Source of the DNA: Octopus vulgaris
Taxonomy: Eukaryota
Direction of reading: 5' to 3'
NCBI GenBank assembly: GCA_951406725.2
Contig: OX597835.1
Coordinates: 24,056,001-24,120,000, forward strand
Length of the DNA: 64,000 nt
The notes under the pieces are model-generated. The model worked only from the letters and a program-made list of their open reading frames with translations, made no database searches and was not told the DNA's origin. Below, piece after piece: positions 1 through 12,533 of this stretch (its first letter is position 1; each line of letters opens with the position of its first letter). Position numbers and translations under genes: made by a program.

Positions 1-196
1 GAAACGCGTAGCCGTATTTCGTCTGCCGTTACGTTCTGAGTTCAAATTCCGCCGAGGTCGACTTTGCCTTTCAACCTTTCGGGGTCGATAAATTAAGTAC
101 CAGTTACGCACTGGGGTCGATATAATCGACTTAATCCGTTTGTCTATCCTTGTTTGTCCCCTCTGTGTGTAACCCCTTGTGGGCAGTAAAGAAATA
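1..196 (+). mobile_element. tRNA-derived SINE family A, subfamily A1 (5' end cut by window edge)
   Basis: B-box GAGTTCAAATTCC, core CCTTTCATCCTTTCGGGGTCGATAAATTAAGTACCAG (this copy has CCTTTCAACC; resembles the Meta-domain from memory) and A1 tail ...GTAAAGAAATA. Near-identical to many other copies in the window. Confidence 0.9.
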
Positions 197-489
197 GGTA
201 TATGGTCAAACAAATCGATTCTATTACTTTTTGTTTTTAAAGTCTTGTACTTATTCTATCGGTCACACTTTTGCTGAACCGCTAAGTTAGAAGGACGTAA
301 ACAACCCAGAGCCGGTTGTCAAAGGATGTAGGATAGACAAATACAAGTCCAAAAACATACATGCACGCCCATACACACACGCACACGCACTCGCACATGC
401 ACATGCACGCAAACGCAGGCGTACACACGCACACGTACGCACATACACACGCACGCACACATACACACGCACACATGCACACATGCGCG

Positions 490-685
490 CTGGCAGAATC
501 TTTAGCACGCCGGACAAAATGTCGCTAAGCATTTTGTCTGGTTTTATCCGGTTCTGAGTTCAAATTCTGTCTTTCATCCTTTTTGGTGGGGTCAATAAAT
601 TAAGTACCAGTGAAACACTGGGGTCGATGTAATCGACTAGCCACCTCCCACCAAATTGCAGGCTTTCTGCCCTTACTAGAAAGGA
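490..685 (+). mobile_element. SINE family A, older subfamily A2 (tail ...AGAAAGGATT)
   Basis: Same head/core as A1 but a different 3' end running into (ATT)n. Other A2 copies at ~27803-28020, 37580-38043, 44447-44612, 44672-44890, 57382-57580. Confidence 0.75.
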
Positions 686-688
686 TTA

Positions 689-722
<34 letters not shown>

Positions 723-787
723 CATTATCATCATCATCATCATCATCATCATCATTATTATTATTATTATTGTCATCATCATCATCA

Positions 788-836
<49 letters not shown>

Positions 837-850
837 CATTATTATTATTA

Positions 851-941
<91 letters not shown>

Positions 942-1045
942 TATTATTATTATTATTATTATTATCATTATTATTATTATCATTATTATTATTATTATTA
1001 TTATTATCATCATCATCATCATCATTATTATTATCACCATTATTA

Positions 1046-1099
<54 letters not shown>

Positions 1100-1135
1100 T
1101 ATTATTATTTATTATTATCATCAACATCATCATCA

Positions 1136-1181
<46 letters not shown>

Positions 1182-1197
1182 CATTATTTTTATTATT
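686..1197. repeat. (ATT/ATC)n compound trinucleotide microsatellite grown from the SINE tail
   Basis: About 510 bp of ATT/ATC units directly following the A2 tail; source of the poly-Ile/poly-Leu ORFs. Confidence 0.97.
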
Positions 1198-1432
1198 GTA
1201 TGTAGGCTGGTCTACAAGGTAAAAAAAACCCAGTAGATACGGGCGTATATTTCTATGTCGGAAGGTAAGGGGGAGGGAGGGAACTAGATAGGTCAGCAGG
1301 GATGGGAGGACGCATATTTTTTTCTTTTATTCTGAATTTTTCTTTCTCCTACACCATTTGTCTCTTTCCTTTTGACACCCGAGGGATATTAATCTGTTCA
1401 TTTTACCGCATCATACCTTTTCCCATAGGCTT

Positions 1433-1605
1433 ATTGGTAGGTAGGTAGGTATGTAGGTAGGTAGACAGGTAGGCAGGCAAGCAGGTAGATAGTTAGGTAG
1501 GTAGGTACCTATGTACATGTTGAGATAGGTTGGTAGGTAGCTATGTCCGTATTTAAGTAGCTGGGTAGGTGAATAGGTAAATAGAAATGTTGGTAGGCAG
1601 GTAGG
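1433..1605. repeat. degenerate (GGTA)n microsatellite
   Basis: Repeated GGTAGGTA units visible. Confidence 0.85.
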
Positions 1606-1703
1606 AACATACAAGATCAGTGAAGGAAACGGCCTAGGGTCCCCTGTGTCTGTCCTACGTGTATGTTTTGTAGTATTTAATGCATTTTTCATTTATTATG
1701 TTG

Positions 1704-1757
<54 letters not shown>

Positions 1758-1886
1758 CTAGTTGAGTTTCATATATAATTGTATTTATAATTTTTACCTT
1801 AAAAGGCATTTTTCATATGCTGGCCACTGATAAAATTTTTTAATAAAATATTATCTTTATATCAGAAGCATATATATATATATAAT

Positions 1887-2105
<219 letters not shown>

Positions 2106-2129
2106 TTCGGGTCATAGTGGACATCCATT

Positions 2130-3685
2130 ACAAGTTCCATCTGCAAGACAAGGTGACCAGGACCACGATGGACAACGGCAAAAATTTTGTTAAGGCATTT
2201 TATGCAGTTTTGTACAGAAGTGGAACTCTTGCCAGACATTCCCGAAGCTACTGCCGATCCAGATATGCAGGGCTACGAGGATGCGGACCTGGACGTGGAT
2301 CTCGAGGCTAGGGACGCGGACGAAGTTGAGTACATCTCTGTTGTTGCCATCCTTGACGAATCCAACAGCCTGGACCTAAACCTGCCTGTGCACATGAAGT
2401 GCGCAGCCCATACTGTCAACTTGGTAGCCAGCATGGATGCCGACAACGCTCTTGACAGCACTTCATACAAGTCGGCCTACGGGAAGGTCATGTCTAAGGC
2501 ACAGCGGTTATAGAATCAGGGCGGCGAGCTGGCAGAGTCGTTAGCACGCCGGGCGACATGCTTAGCGGTATTTCGTCTACCGTTACGTTCTGAGTTCAAA
2601 TTCCGCCGAGGTCGACTTTGCCTTTGATCCTTTCGGGGTCGATTAATTAAGTACCAGTTACGCGCTGGGGTCGATGTAATCGACTTAATCCGTTTGTCTA
2701 TCCTTGCTTGTCCTCTCTGTGTTTAGCCCCTTGTGGGTAGTAAAGAAATAGGTTATAGAATCTGCTGAGCCGCAGCACGGTGATGGCAGACAGCATTCTG
2801 GACGCGTTGAAGAGGAGGCTAGTGGTCCCCAACAGTACCAGATGGAACTCTACCTATGACTCTGTTGTTGAGGTCAACAACCTACTGGAGAAAAATAGGG
2901 GTGCTGTCCACAGGGTGATGAGACAGCAGAAGCTGCAGACCTTCACTGATTCTGATGTCGGCTTCCTGACGGAGTACGCCCAGGTAATGTCTAATGTTGC
3001 TAAGGCCTTGGATAAAATCCAGTGTGAGGACCAGGCTTATCTCGAGAGCCTTCTGCCAACTGTAGTGGCTACCGTCATGAAGTTGAAGGAGGCCAAGTTC
3101 AAACATCTCCCGTACTGCAGTCCTCTGGTACGCGCGACACTGGCAGACCACGAAAAGGTTTGGGCCCCTCCTAAAAACCCTGGACTGCCAGCTGGCCGCT
3201 TCCTTCAATCCCAAGTTTCGCCTGTTCTGGCTGGAGCAGTATACTAACAGCCAGGTTAGCAGAGTAACGATCACCATGGAGATCGCCGGAGAGACAGCCC
3301 TAAACGAGACCTGTGGGAAGGGCGGCAGCACCACCAGCAATGAGGATGAGGAAGATGATTTCTTCAGCAATATCACTCGATCCAGGAGAGCAGGAGCGAC
3401 AGGTCACTGGAATCCAAGGCGCAGAACTTGGCGAAGATCTGGCTGAAGGTCGCCTCGAAGGATATCCTAACTGCAGTCACCTTTTTGGGGTGAGCAGGTC
3501 TTGATCGATCTGTTTACCAAATATAACATCGCCATCCCATCCAGTGCCGCGCTTATTCTCTAAAAGCGAAGATATTTTGAGGGCCAAGAGAGCCACTCTG
3601 TGAGATGGTAACTTTGAGAGGCTGATGTTTATGAAGAGCAACCAGCATCACGTCGAGGCGATGGATAAGGCTCAGCCAGAGTAGT
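2130..3685 (+). pseudogene. hAT-family transposase pseudogene
   Basis: Motifs [33 protein letters not shown] and C-terminal dimerisation region KYNIAIPSSA...LRAKRATL*DGNFERLMFMK, spread over several frames with stops, frameshifts and a SINE insertion. Confidence 0.92.
2520..2750 (+). mobile_element. full-length SINE A1 inserted in hAT transposase
   Basis: 12-bp TSD GGTTATAGAATC at 2506-2517 and 2751-2762. Confidence 0.95.
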
Positions 3686-3965
3686 ACATCTTGATCATCA
3701 TCTGATCTTGGCATGATACCTAAGCTATACTATACCTTTCTGATTCGTTTAATACTTTTTCTACAGTAAATAAAGTGTATGCTGTCTGAAAAACCTGTTT
3801 AATTTTATTTGTTCATTTAATTATTTGCGTTCACCTGGATCATCACCTGATCTTGGCATGCTATACGCTTTTGGAAAGCTCTATGTCTAAGCTATGCAGC
3901 CCTGTTTTTAGGGGTTTTAGAGCCCCAAAACCAAACCGAAACTAAATTCACGTTAAAAGTTTGCA

Positions 3966-4397
3966 GGCGCAGGAGTGGCTGTGTGGTAAGTAGCTTGCTA
4001 ACCAACCACATGGTTCCGGGTTCAGTCCCACTGCGTGGCATCTTGGGCAAGTGTCTTCTGCTATAGCCCCGGACCGACCAAAGCCTTGTGAGTGGATTTG
4101 GTAGACGGAAACTGAAAGAAGCCCGTCGTATATATGTATATATATATGCGTGTGTGTGTTTGTGTGTCTGTGTTTGTCCCCTCAATATCGCTTGACAACT
4201 GATGCTGGTGTGTTTACGTCCCCGTCACTTAGCGATTCGGCAAAAGAAACCGATAGAATAAGTACTAGGCTTACAAAAGAATAAGTTCCGGGGTCGAGTT
4301 GCTCGATTAAAGGCGGTGTTCCAGCATGGCCGCAGTCAAATGACTGAAACAAGTAAATGAGTAAATGAGTAATGAGTAATGAGTAATGAGTAATGAG
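3966..4397 (+). mobile_element. tRNA-derived SINE family B with internal microsatellite (representative full-length copy)
   Basis: A/B-box head (TGGCTGTGTGG...GGTTCAGTCCC), CORE-like CTTGGGCAAGTG, internal (TA)(TG)n, 3' ...CAGCATGGCCGCAGTCAAATGACTGAAAC and (GAGTAAT)n tail. About 30 further copies or fragments, e.g. 6930-7985(-), 11660-12005(-), 12090-12450(-), 13995-14450(-), 15975-16420(-), 17522-17995(+), 18510-19100(+), 23268-23645(-), 23750-24125(-), 28035-28400(-), 29790-30140(-), 38555-39000(+), 41235-41575(+), 45815-46470(+), 47425-47920(-), 48440-48765(-), 50620-51230(-), 54665-56035(-), 59915-60355(+), 60640-60985(-), 63572-63880(-). Confidence 0.92.
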
Positions 4398-4529
4398 AGT
4401 TATCATTTAGCGTTAGCTTCCGCTAATTCATTTATCGGTTTTGCAGTTTAGCGTTTGCGAAGCTAACTCTTTTTAGTTAGCAGATTAGCGGAGCTAACTT
4501 TTTGGTTAGCTGTGTCCTTAACTGGATAG

Positions 4530-4596
<67 letters not shown>

Positions 4597-5604
4597 AGAG
4601 AGAGATAGTGGGGAGAAGGAGATAGTGTATAAACAAAGCCTTGGTTGTAACGTCCATTAATCTAATTTGATAAGTGCTTGAAAGTTTTACACAATAGTGA
4701 TGGAAGCAAAGTCTCATTCGAAAGAGAGAAAGGCAAACATGCAGATGAATCTTTTCTGTTTGGTTGCAGATAAATATGTGTGTGTGCGTGTGTGTGTGTG
4801 TGTCTGTGTGTGTGTGTGTTTGCGTGTGTTAGCGTGCGTTTGTGTGTATTTGATATCAATAAAGATAGTTTACTTCCAAGTTTCAATGTAATCGATGGAG
4901 TGCAGGTTGTATGTCCTGAGTGTGCCATTAAACTGCTTTTGGAGGTGAGGCTCCAAGTTGGAGTATTCAGGAGTTGTGAGGAGAGCGGAGTAACCCCTTC
5001 ATTACCATTAGCCCCACATCCGTTCTGATCCAGAAGAATAATACCTGTCAGGGTCCCGTCTATGGGCTAAGTAGATTTTCCAGGGTGGACAAGGTTTCCG
5101 ATCGCTTTGACAAGGCCGTTGGAAAAGCAACTCTTCTAGAAGAAAGATACTTTGACATACAATTCATATTATTATATTTGAGCCGTACGGCCTTTATATT
5201 TTTTTTCATAATCATATTTGTATTAGTACCTACTACCTGTCTTATGTTTGTTTTTGTCACTGTCCTCCACGTTCGCCCATTATTCCCAGCAGCTTTTTGC
5301 TGCTGACGCTACCCAAAATGAAAACAATTCTCGTTAAAGGCGCGAAATTGTGATGATTTTTGGAAGATAACTGACGAGGAAAGAGCATGCCCATGTATTG
5401 TGTGTTAATTTATTCTTTATCGAGCTTCTACTCAGTTTTTGAAGCATATACGTATAAATATATATTCAGTCGAAATTGCGAGGATGATACGGTTCTTGAC
5501 TGACGATTGCAGACTTCGAATGTCCCGTCCGTGTTTTTTGTGTCGTCATCAAAATATTTTGCGTTCTTGTACCAGTTTGTGTTTTCTATACACACACACA
5601 CACG

Positions 5605-5676
<72 letters not shown>

Positions 5677-5724
5677 CATACATTCATACATACATACATG
5701 CATATACATATACGTATATATACA

Positions 5725-5760
<36 letters not shown>

Positions 5761-6079
5761 TATATATGTATATATATATGTGGGTGTGTGGGTGTATGTA
5801 TGTATGTATGTATGTATGTATGTATCTTTTAGATTTCTCTATGCCGTTCTGCTTTCTTCTGCACACACTGCGAGTGCTTAGTCTTAGTCTTAGTCTCTAA
5901 TTAATTTTTAATTATAATTGAGCACTTACAGTAAAGCTAGCTTGCCTTCCCCCCACCCCTTGCTTCAGAGATGACAGACACGTGGCTCATAGATCACATT
6001 TGGATGTATTATCTTCAAATACAGACGGATGTGCATGAGTGTGGGCGTGTGTTCGCATGTGACATAACATATGTGCGCC

Positions 6080-6190
6080 TGTATGCATGTGTGCATGTAT
6101 GCATGTGCGCATGTGTGCATGTATGTATGTATGTATGTATGTATGTAGGTACATACATTTTAGTCTCTATACACTATAGACATGCAAGCA

Positions 6191-6256
<66 letters not shown>

Positions 6257-6331
6257 TACACATATATATTATATATATACACACATATATATATATACAT
6301 ACATATATATACATATATATATATATGTATG

Positions 6332-6379
<48 letters not shown>

Positions 6380-6433
6380 CATATATATATATGTATATAT
6401 ATATGTATATACATACATATATATATATATATG

Positions 6434-6491
<58 letters not shown>

Positions 6492-6505
6492 CATATATAT
6501 ATATG

Positions 6506-6549
<44 letters not shown>

Positions 6550-6560
6550 CCTACATATAC

Positions 6561-6632
<72 letters not shown>

Positions 6633-6680
6633 ATGTATGTATGTATGTATGTATGTATGTATGTATATATGTATGTATAC
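6080..6680. repeat. large compound (TA)n/(TG)n/(TATG)n microsatellite
   Basis: About 600 bp of dinucleotide/tetranucleotide repeats; similar tracts at 5590-5825, 7990-8105, 8350-8630, 15695-15965, 54010-54195. Confidence 0.97.
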
Positions 6681-7065
6681 GTATTGTTATTAATCTATTA
6701 TTAACTAGTTAGCAGCCATCTCTGGCGAATGCTTACATAGTTTATGCAAGTATGCACCAATGCGAAAATTTATGTTTGTATGTGTATGACTGGTGAGTGC
6801 GTGTGTCGGGTGAACAATTATGATAATTATATATGAATGTGTGTAGGATGTATAATTATGCTTGTGTGTGTGTTGTGTATAAATATGATAATTATGTCCA
6901 TATATATGTGTGTGTGTGTGTGTATTTTATTCTTTGCTTGTTTCAGTCATTGGACTGCGGTCATGCTGGGGCACCGCCTTGAAGGGTTTATCGAACAAAT
7001 CGACTGTAGTATTTACTTTTTAAGTTCGGTACCTGTTCTATCGGTTTCATTTGTCGAACCGCTAT

Positions 7066-7735
7066 GTTAGTTAGTTAGTTAGTTAATTTTTTGGCTCAAA
7101 AAGCAAAAAGCAAGGCCATGTAGGGGGACATGGAGTTATGTACAGGGTGGTGTTCATGCAAAGAGTTCAGGCCACTTGTGGTCAAGGTAGACTTTGAACT
7201 GAGCGGTCGTCGGCATCTTCACTATCTCGTCCGGCAGCTTATTCCACGGATCCGCAACCCGGACGGAGAAAGCCCCTCTCCTTCGATTGAGATGAAATCG
7301 TCGCAGATAGAGCTTTTCGGAGTGACCCCCGCAGCCGACGCTCTGGAGCAGGAGTGAAGAACAGCTCTTTCGAGAGGTTACACTTTCCGCTTATGATGTT
7401 GTGAGCAAGAATGAGATCACCACGGCGTCGTCGTTTTTCTAGAGAATAAGGTCGAGCGTCTTCAGCCTTTCTTCATAAGACAAATTCTTGAGACCAAGAA
7501 CCATGCGGGTAACCAGCTTCTGGACTCTTTCGAGATGCTGTATGTCTTTGAGGAGAGTAGGAGAAGAGGCTTGAATCCCGTACTCCAATATGGGTCTCAC
7601 CAGCGTGACATAGAGCGGTAGGAATATGGCTGCTGTGAGCATTCCGAATGTCCGTCGAATCAAGAACAGAACTCCGCGTGCTTTGTTGGCAGCATGGACG
7701 CACTGGGCCGAAGGCGAAAAGGAGGAACAAACGAA
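7066..7735 (-). mobile_element. CR1-type LINE 3' fragment nested in a SINE B
   Basis: Minus-strand LYVTLVRPILEYGIQASSP...LERVQKLVTRMVLGLKNLSYEERLKTLDL, continuing after a frameshift as LEKRRRRGDLI; (TAAC)n tail at 7066-7086; SINE B halves on both sides. Confidence 0.9.
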
Positions 7736-8029
7736 AACTGGTTGTCAAGCAACGGATCAGTCACGCACACACATATACGAACGCGCGCACACGCACTCAC
7801 GTACGCACAGAGATATATGACTGGCTTCCACATAGTTTCCATGTATGGAATTTTTTTTTAACAAGCCATTCGTCTGTTGCGGTTATAGTAGGATCCCCCC
7901 CCCCCTCAAGGTGCCGCGCAATGAGACTGAAATCGATATCTCGTGACTGCAAAGTGAGATTTTTATTCACACAACCATGCTAGTACCGACATACATACAT
8001 ACATACATATATACTCACATGTATGTATA

Positions 8030-8103
<74 letters not shown>

Positions 8104-8104
<1 letters not shown>

Positions 8105-8346
8105 GGACAGTGAGGAAAGGCGTTTCCATGGCTGAGGAAAGGAGAGCACAGCTGTGGTCGGACAGGCGGGACAGGAGGAGGACAACTGCAGCAACACCCC
8201 ACACATCTATGTTCGTGTGCAGCAACTGTACCAGGGACTGCCACTCTAGAATTGGACTGTTCAGTCACAGCAGACGCTGCTCATCATCAAAGTAGGCCCC
8301 CACCCTTGCGCGACCCATTGTCTATCAAGGCAGACGGGAAGAGAGA

Positions 8347-8349
<3 letters not shown>
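8104..8349 (+). mobile_element. RTE LINE 3'-terminal fragment embedded in (TA)n
   Basis: [23 protein letters not shown] is the typical RTE ORF C-terminal Zn-finger-like motif; (TA)n on both flanks. Confidence 0.85.
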
Positions 8350-8402
<53 letters not shown>

Positions 8403-8438
8403 TATGTATGTCTATTTATGTGTGTCTATCTATCTATC

Positions 8439-8488
<50 letters not shown>

Positions 8489-8495
8489 ATCTATC

Positions 8496-8568
<73 letters not shown>

Positions 8569-8940
8569 TAATATATATATATATGTGTGTGTGTGTGTAT
8601 GTGTGTGTGTATGTGTGTGTATGCATGTGTTTCTGTTTGTGTGTGCACGTATGTGTGTGTATGTCACCATACCTGTATTGATAAGTGTAAAACTAACCAT
8701 CTTAGTATATTGCTATTAGTATCGCTAGACAGGTATGTATACAACCTGTTTTTTTTTATATTTCACTAATTCATTTAAAAAAAAATCGTTTATGACATGG
8801 CATGAATTCAGGCAATATTTTCTGGGATGTAATGAAAATGGAGAATGAGTAGAAATCAACCCATTCTGAAGGTATGAAGGTTCTTAGGTCGCTCAAGAAG
8901 TTGATTGCAATAAGCTTTCCTTTGAATGATTAATCAAATA

Positions 8941-10421
8941 CTGCAGAACCTCGCAGTACGAGTGCCCCATTGTACGATTAATTTGTTGTACGAACTGAGA
9001 CTCATGCGAAGTTTTGTCTTGAAGTACGAGCACACTTTAAGGTAATTCAGTTAATAAAACCAGTTTACGTATTTCTTTTGCATTCTCTTTTTTTATAATT
9101 GTCATTTTACTTGTAACAACACCTTTTCTGTTTTAAAACCCATAAAAAATTAATTTTGAGTGGTTTTTTGGGGCTGGAACGGATTAATTATATTTTTGAT
9201 AATTTCAATGGGGGAAAATTGATTTGTAAAACGAGTAAATCGTAAGACGAGCTCGGTGATGGAACGAGGAATTCCAACCACGTTTCGTGGTTTGCTACCT
9301 CAACAGCTCTTTTGTAGGATCCAGTGGCTAAAGACATCATCAGGAGGAATCACGTCCGGTTTCGGACCCTGCTTCTCTACCGTTTTCGACGTGGCGGCCC
9401 CTCCTCTCTTTCGGAGGTGTCTTCAGCTCTGGCGTTGAGTGCATTTCTTCTTTCTCCTTCTGTCTTCTGTTCCTTGGCCTCTTCGATGCAGCGTCAACGA
9501 GTGTCAGCAGGCGACTGACCATCCAGCAGCCAGCAACCAACTAGTTGTCACGTGACACTGTCTAAACTTCAACTGACCAATGGAGGGGAAGGGCGCGTAA
9601 TCTTTGCCCGCGCCCTCTCTAAACCTGCCTTCCAACAGTGTAATGTTAGTTTCAGTCACAGCAGCCAGAGCCGACCAGTTGTTTGGAGGAGGAGGTGCCA
9701 TGAACGAGACCGCTACCTGTCAATCAGCGATGTTGCTCAAGTGTCAGCCAGTCTCACTGAGTGATGCTATTTCCCAGCCGGCATGTTATGGCTTTCAACC
9801 CATTTTTGGTCTTCTCGCTTCAGCCATATTTAGAAGCTGGCTGTTTCGACTGCCTCCTGTATCCTCTTTATTACTTTTCTCAGCTCTGAGCTCAAAAATG
9901 CAAACCTTCTTTTGAATAACGATATCGTTTTCCTTTCAATGAAGCCTCTAGCCCCCACTGCCAAGTGGTAATACTCGACAGTCCATCCCTGTTCTGTGCA
10001 CTCTTCGATTAATTGTTCGTACCTCTTCTCCTTTCATTCCTCTGCATTAGCGATGTTCTCTTCTCAGGGCACTGTCAGCTCTAGCAAAATTCCAATTCTC
10101 CGTTCTGTATTCCATAGGATTAAGTCCGGTCTTTTTGTCGTATTTATGAGTGAAAATATTAACAAATCCGTCTTTCTCAATCCGTAGCCAGCTCCCAGTA
10201 TCCCTTCCATCTTTCGTCTGTCACGTATATCTTATTTGAAGGCCTGGCTTTATGTCCTTTTCCACTTTTGTGTACTCTTCCCTATTATATCTTTCGATTT
10301 TCTCCTCGAGTGCTGCGCGTATGACGCCGAGGAGATGATTGTGACGCTCTGTATATCTGTCTAGTGCTAGCCTGCAGTTTGAGAGAACATGTAATTAAAT
10401 TCGTATCGTGAAGTACCACTG
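8941..10421. mobile_element. Tigger/pogo-like MITE split by a LINE insertion
   Basis: TA|CTGCAGAACCTCGCAGTACGAG ... TTCGTATCGTGAAGTACCACTG|TA degenerate TIRs; internal GGAACGGATTAA/CAATGGG motifs; interrupted after GGAACG near 9267. Confidence 0.7.
9270..10391 (-). mobile_element. 5'-truncated HERO-type (restriction-like endonuclease) non-LTR retrotransposon
   Basis: Manual minus-strand translation: HVLSNCRLALDRYTERHN (CCHC knuckle end plus RHN) and TTKRPDLILWNTERRIGILLELTVP*EENIANAEE*KEKRYEQLIEECTEQGWTVEYYHLAVGARGF...ETASF*IWLKRED. In-frame stops explain its absence from the ORF track; 3' UTR about 9270-9760. Confidence 0.88.
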
Positions 10422-10790
10422 TATGTATATATATATGTATATATATATATATCAATAAATGTGTACAGATTGATGGATTACTTATTTAGAAACCAATGTC
10501 ATATTAACGTATGTTAGTATGTTATTTAGTTTTATTTTTGTCAGTGAACAGGTCGCGGATTTTAGCGACGAAAATATTTAGACAAATTAAACTTAAATGT
10601 TGAAGTGAATCGAACGGCTTTTGTGTGTTTCTTAAATGGCTTACAAACACCTTCCACGCTGCAATTGTTTTCGTTTCAGCACACGATCTCAGATCAAATC
10701 ACTTGCTATGCGAGTACATCTCCGTAAATCAGTAATGTTTTCATTGTAAGTTTAAATAATGTGAGGAAAATTTTGCGTTAATCTAATACA

Positions 10791-11017
10791 TATTTCTTTA
10801 CTACCCACAAGGAGCTAAACACAGAGAGGACAAACAAGGACAGACAAACGGATTAAGTCGATTATATCGACCCCAGTGCGTAACTGGTACTTATTTAATC
10901 GACCCCGAAAGGATGAAAGGCAAAATCGACCTCGGCAGAATTTGAACTCAGAATGTAACGATAGAAGAAATACGGCTACGCATTTCGCCGGCGTGCTAAC
11001 GTTTCTGCCAGCTCGCC
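10791..11017 (-). mobile_element. full-length SINE A1
   Basis: 16-bp TSD GCGTTAATCTAATACA at 10775-10790 and 11018-11033. Confidence 0.95.
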
Positions 11018-11189
11018 GCGTTAATCTAATACAAAAGAACTTAGCAATGGAGTATGATCATTGTCCGCTTTGATCCAGATGCTTGACGAAATATTTTCGA
11101 GGTGAAATTACAACTCAGATCTCAGCTACCCTTCTGAATTTAGATCCATTGTAATCCCTATAACCATCATAAGGCCTAGTCCTTGTTGC

Positions 11190-11590
11190 GGTGCAGTACC
11201 TTGAGTTTCTCATTGAGCCTGAGAACTATATCAACGGAGTGCAAGGTCCCTTGTAGGTCCCATGCTCATGACGTCAAAGGATCGAGGGTCAGACGATCCA
11301 TTTACTTCTCAGAAATAAAAAAAAACATTAGTTTGCGTAGAGCTAACACGCCTACCTAGAAAATTAAGCTAAGTTACTGAAATATCGATGACAATTCAAA
11401 AGCAACACAACCTGGGAGAGGATAGCTTCGCCTCTGGAAAGCAAATGACGAGGTACAGAAAAATCCGAAAGGAAGGATCAGGAATCCAGCTAGGGAGAAA
11501 CAGAAAAAAACAACAACTCCAGAATCGAGAGCAGCGGAGAATGGTCGTTGATGGACTATGCTCTGTAGGGAGTGAAGGGATTAAGCTTAA
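11190..11590 (+). mobile_element. internally deleted RTE-derived element (5' UTR joined to ORF 3' end)
   Basis: Ends QNREQRRMVVDGLCSVGSEG + GGGATTAAG; shares CAACGGAGTGCA...TACCTAGAAAA...AAGGGATTAAG landmarks with 43230-43630. Confidence 0.55.
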
Positions 11591-12498
11591 AAAGGGGTTA
11601 AGTTTTAAAAGGGATTAAGTTTAAAAAGTATCGGTTTCAAAAGTTGACACAATCTTATATCTTTTACTTGTTTCAATCATTTGACTGAGGCCATGGCGGG
11701 GAACTGCCTTGAAGGATTTTAGTCGAGCAAATCGACCCCAGAACCCATTTTTTAAAGCCAAGTACTTATTCTATTGCTCTCTTTTGCCGAACCGCTATGT
11801 TCCGGGGACGTAAATACACCAACACCGGTTGACAATCGCTGGTGGGGGACAAACACACACACATGTATATAACGGGTTTCTTTCAGTTTCCGTCTACTTA
11901 ATCCACTCAAAAAGCTTTGGTCGGCCCGAGTCTTATAGTAGACGAAACTTGCACAAGCTGCCTCGCAGTGGGACCGAACCTGGAACCATGTGATTGGGAA
12001 ACAATTTTAGGGTAGTGGTAAGTCGATTACATCAATCCCAGTAGTTAACTGGTGCTTATTTTATCGACCTAAAAAAGGGTGAAAGTTTAAGTCGAACCGC
12101 TAATGTACGGCGCCGTAAATACACCAGCACCGATTGTCAAGCTGCGGTGGGGCCAAACACAGACACAAAGACACTCGCACTTACATACATACATACGTAC
12201 ATACATACATGCATACGTACGTACATACATACGTACATACATACATACATACATACATACATACATACATACATACATACATACATACATACATACGACG
12301 GGCTTCTTTCAGTTTCCGTCTACCAAATCCACTCACAAGTCTTTGGTTGGCCTCGAGGCTCTGGTACAAGACACTTGCCCAAGTTGCAGTGGAACTAAAC
12401 CCGGAATTATGTGGTTGGAAAGCAAACTTCTGACTTTATAGCCATGCCTAAGAAGGTATATGTGTGTGTGTGTGTGTGTGTGAGCAAGTGAGTGTATG

Positions 12499-12533
<35 letters not shown>

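Larger units (their letters stand above)
2106..4524 (+). mobile_element. 5'-truncated hAT DNA transposon with two nested SINEs
   Basis: Transposase relic, then AATAAA near 3769, subterminal TTAGC/GCTAA repeats at 4405-4510 and a terminus ...TTAGCTGTGTCCTTAACTG (reverse complement begins CAG). Confidence 0.8.

Noticed and set aside
600-1236. Long poly-Ile/Leu/Met ORFs
   Set aside because: Translations of the ATT/ATC microsatellite.
3892-4185. Recurrent peptide RASFSFRLPNPLTRLWS...GTEPGTMW suggesting a gene family
   Set aside because: It is the antisense translation of SINE B copies.
5971-6712. 240-aa and other YI/CV/HT-rich ORFs (also 15456-16171, 57826-58784)
   Set aside because: Dinucleotide and tetranucleotide repeats lack stop codons; no coding signal.
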